This document shows, one piece after another, positions 61,352 to 64,000 of a DNA stretch of 64,000 nt. A program made the translations under genes and the position numbers. The stretch spans positions 108,497 through 172,496 of the forward strand of contig DF237096.1 of assembly GCA_000708835.1 (NCBI GenBank). Reading direction: 5' to 3'. Below the pieces are notes generated by a model. That model saw nothing but the letters and a program-made list of their open reading frames with translations. It searched no databases and was not told where the DNA came from. This DNA comes from Klebsormidium nitens. Lineage: Eukaryota; Plantae; Klebsormidiophyceae. The stretch's first letter is position 1; each line of letters starts with the position of its first letter.

Positions 61352-63289
61352 ACTTCAGCTGGCGCCACGACAAAGGCGCCGGCAGACAACGACATCTATA
61401 ATCCGGCTAATCCTAGACTCGCTGCTCTGCTGAGCAGCCTGCCGGGTTCGTATTACAGTGATCGATCGCAGGGCACCTACCGGTCCCCGCGCATCGACAA
61501 TACCGGCCCGCGCCCTGCGATGCTTATCAATGGGCAGGTTCTGCACAACCTGGTCCTTGATTGCGGTGCCGACGTCGTTCTGGTTGGCCCGCGCACTGCG
61601 GCCAAACTGAAGCTGACTGCGGACAAAGTCCGCAAGAACGCCATCGAGATCCGCGTTGCTAGCGGTGAGACGGTTCATATGGACGAGACCATCGAGCCGG
61701 TCGACTTTGTTTTGAACCCCGGCACGCCCCACGAAACCACTGTGTGGGCCAAGATCATCATTGTCCGTGGCGACTTGCCCGACACCCTGATCGGGATGAG
61801 CGTCATGGGCCCTCCTGGTATTCGGCCTGACTACTACAAGCAGGTCGTGACGTACTACGTCAACTGGTGGGAGCCACATGCGCGCGAGGCGCACCTCCCC
61901 TGCTTCCTGCCGGTCAACTACGATCGGCCCGGCGCATCCGGAGCCAGCTGTGCGTGCACCCCTCTTGCCTATAGTGCTGCCAGTACGAGCACAGGCGCAA
62001 ACAACACTCCCGAGCTTGCGCCTGGTGCTCCGATTCCGTACAACAAGCTGCTTCAGATTCCGTCACCCAACCTGGATAAGCCGTTCGAAATCGAGAACGC
62101 GCGCTTTCGGATGTGGCATTATGAGAAGCACATGATGCCCGAGATGACCGACCTATACGAGCGCAGCAAGGAACGGCTGGCCGACCCGCCGCCAAACCAG
62201 CGGCCTGTCACCGTGGAGGCGTACCAGCATCTGCGCCCTCTGGACACGAGCATGTTGGACCTGCGCGGGCCCCTGGCCAAGAACGGCCCGGGCCTAGTTG
62301 TTCTGGAGCTCTTCTCCGGTATCATGGCCAGCACTGAGGCACTTGTGCGCACCGGAGTTAAAATCCAGCACGTCTATGCCTGCGAGAACGAGGCTAAGAC
62401 ACGCGCCGTCGCAGAAGAGCGCCTAAGAGTGCTGTCTGCGACTCGGCCTGAGCAGCTGAGCGCCGAAGCGTTTGCCGATTGCCACGCCTTCCTGCCACAG
62501 GATGTCAGGACGATTACGCGCCAGCACATTGAGAACATGCAGAAGCCCGACCTGGTGATCGTCGGCTTCCCCTGCCAGGGGTTTTCGCGCGCATCTGATG
62601 CGCCCAAGGGGCTCAGAGACCCCCGCACGCAGCTTTTCGAAGAGGCGCTGCGTGTGATCCACCTGATATGGCGCATCCACGGCCCGTGTGGGTACCTTTT
62701 CGAAAACGTAGACGCCGCCGACCATCCGAACCGGGACGTTCGGCGCGAATACACCGAGGTCGTTCAGGCCGTCCTCGGCAAGGGCTTCGTTTTTGACGCG
62801 GTCGCTGTGGGCTCCTACGCCCACCGCAACCGGCGCTGGTGGACCAACCTGGTTCCTGGACACCTGGTTGAGGAGATGGCCGACAAGAAGTTCAAGCGTC
62901 GGCCCCCCGGACAGCGCGTGCAGGACATTCTCGAGCTTGGGCACACCGCCAAAGTGGCTCGACACGCGCAGGCTTCTGGCTCAGTGACGGTGAACATCCC
63001 AGGGCAGACCATCAAGGCTTTTGCCACCTTCGTCTCCCTGGCCAACTCGCACGCCTATCGAGTGGGGCAGCAAAGCATGGTACTCGATCGCGCGAATCGC
63101 GAGCAAGAGCCGACCGCCCTGGAGCGCGAGCGCGCCATGGGTTTTATGGAGAACACCACGGCGGCGCCCACTGATCGGATCAAGGAAGCCGATCGCCGCC
63201 GCCTGCTGGGCAGCACCATGGACATGCACGCCCTGACCTTCTTGGTCGGCTGCATCCAGGTTTTCCAGCAGGCCTTCTTTGCCGATTGA
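61352..63289 (+). CDS. Retroelement aspartic protease fused to a C5 cytosine DNA methyltransferase
   Basis: The frame is open from the gap to TGA 63287-63289. Protease: LVLDCGA (Asp at 61559) and LIGMS. DNMT: motif I LELFSGI (62312), II ACENE, III DVRTI, IV GFPCQGFS (Cys at 62573), VI LFENV (62702), VIII HRNRRWW, IX ERERAMGF, X RRLLGST. Confidence 0.95.
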   Translation, partial: TSAGATTKAPADNDIYNPANPRLAALLSSLPGSYYSDRSQGTYRSPRIDNTGPRPAMLINGQVLHNLVLDCGADVVLVGPRTAAKLKLTADKVRKNAIEIRVASGETVHMDETIEPVDFVLNPGTPHETTVWAKIIIVRGDLPDTLIGMSVMGPPGIRPDYYKQVVTYYVNWWEPHAREAHLPCFLPVNYDRPGASGASCACTPLAYSAASTSTGANNTPELAPGAPIPYNKLLQIPSPNLDKPFEIENARFRMWHYEKHMMPEMTDLYERSKERLADPPPNQRPVTVEAYQHLRPLDTSMLDLRGPLAKNGPGLVVLELFSGIMASTEALVRTGVKIQHVYACENEAKTRAVAEERLRVLSATRPEQLSAEAFADCHAFLPQDVRTITRQHIENMQKPDLVIVGFPCQGFSRASDAPKGLRDPRTQLFEEALRVIHLIWRIHGPCGYLFENVDAADHPNRDVRREYTEVVQAVLGKGFVFDAVAVGSYAHRNRRWWTNLVPGHLVEEMADKKFKRRPPGQRVQDILELGHTAKVARHAQASGSVTVNIPGQTIKAFATFVSLANSHAYRVGQQSMVLDRANREQEPTALERERAMGFMENTTAAPTDRIKEADRRRLLGSTMDMHALTFLVGCIQVFQQAFFAD

Positions 63290-64000
63290 CGGCGCGCACG
63301 GCCGACGGTTAGCGAACCGCACGGCCGCCACTCGGCTGCGTGCGTAGCCGATCACTATCACGGTCCTGAGCTTGTACCGCTTACCCATGTGGCCGCCCTG
63401 TCGAGGGCAAAGTTACTGCAGTACCGCCAATTGAGAGAGGTTCCTCACCATGCCGAGTGCTGTCGGGCCGCCATGCACACGTTTGGGGGGGGAGGACCAG
63501 CGCAACAGACCCCAGCAGAGACGACCGCGGGTCCGCCAGAAGGCCCAGGACCGCCAGAAGGCGGGACGACCGGATCAGCTACCGGTCAGAAAGAGCCGTT
63601 CACCTGGCCCCTCGGTGATCATCTTACCGAAGACCAGAAGACTCAGCTGAGAGAGCTGCTGGACGAGCACATTGATATTTTTGCGTTCGACATGAACGGC
63701 ATGGGCCAGATTAGGAACGAGACGTTCCGAATTCCGGTCACAGATGACACTCCAATTTTCCGGCGCCAGTATCGGCTTGCCGAAGCGGAGAAAGAAATCC
63801 TGAAGGAGCAGGTCGAGGAGCGACTTGCGGCCGGATTCATCCGACCGTCGATGTCCCAGTGGGCGTCCCCCGTGACAATGCCCCCGAAGAAAGACGAATT
63901 CGGGAATTGGACCGCGAAGCGTCCCTGCGGTGACTACCGCGCGCTGAACAAAATCAGCGTGACGGATCACTACCAGCTGCCGACCCCTGAGGAGATCTTT
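63290..64000 (+). CDS. Linker plus Ty3/Gypsy reverse transcriptase N-terminus (partial; same frame as PR-DNMT)
   Basis: Hand translation shows no stop from 63290 to 64000 in the PR-DNMT frame. RT-like sequence starts near 63600 and DYRALN is at 63932. It is missing from the ORF track because it has no stop inside the window. Confidence 0.93.

Larger units (their letters stand above)
60098..64000 (+). mobile_element. Ty3/Gypsy LTR retrotransposon carrying a C5 DNA methyltransferase (5' leader, gag N-terminus, protease, DNMT, RT start); truncated by the window edge, LTR not identified
   Basis: Order is protease, DNMT, then a Gypsy-type RT N-terminus (RQYRLAEAEKEILKEQVEERLAAGFIRPSMSQWASPV..KKD..CGDYRALNK..DHYQLP). 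The left boundary is uncertain because of the gap. Confidence 0.92.

Noticed and set aside
1-64000. tRNA and rRNA genes
   Set aside because: No cloverleaf or rRNA-like sequence was recognised by eye. A covariance-model scan would be needed to exclude small ncRNAs.

Overview
Eukaryotic, intron-rich (GT-AG, with two GC-AG introns) genomic DNA. Gene content and style fit a charophyte green alga, most likely Klebsormidium; this is an inference and was not confirmed by any search. Bases 1-58.4 kb hold about 13 host genes: an RSP10/RSPH1-like MORN protein, a coiled-coil RING protein, a COA1-like protein, the cysteine desulfurase NFS1, an alpha/beta hydrolase, two tandem F-box paralogs, a ROS3/NOL8-like RRM protein, allantoate amidohydrolase, PET100, an Mpv17/PMP22 protein, CCDC103 and a farnesylated DnaJ. 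The right end (about 60.1-64 kb, truncated, with two assembly gaps nearby) is a Ty3/Gypsy LTR retrotransposon. It carries a complete C5 cytosine DNA methyltransferase fused behind its aspartic protease. The methyltransferase ends at a single in-frame TGA in a UGA-CGG context, followed by a strong stem-loop, and the same reading frame then continues into reverse transcriptase. That suggests programmed stop-codon readthrough. Two window-wide patterns also stand out. Many introns contain degenerate echo copies of neighbouring exon/splice-site junctions. The 5'-proximal ~1 kb of genes is CpG-poor relative to deeper introns.
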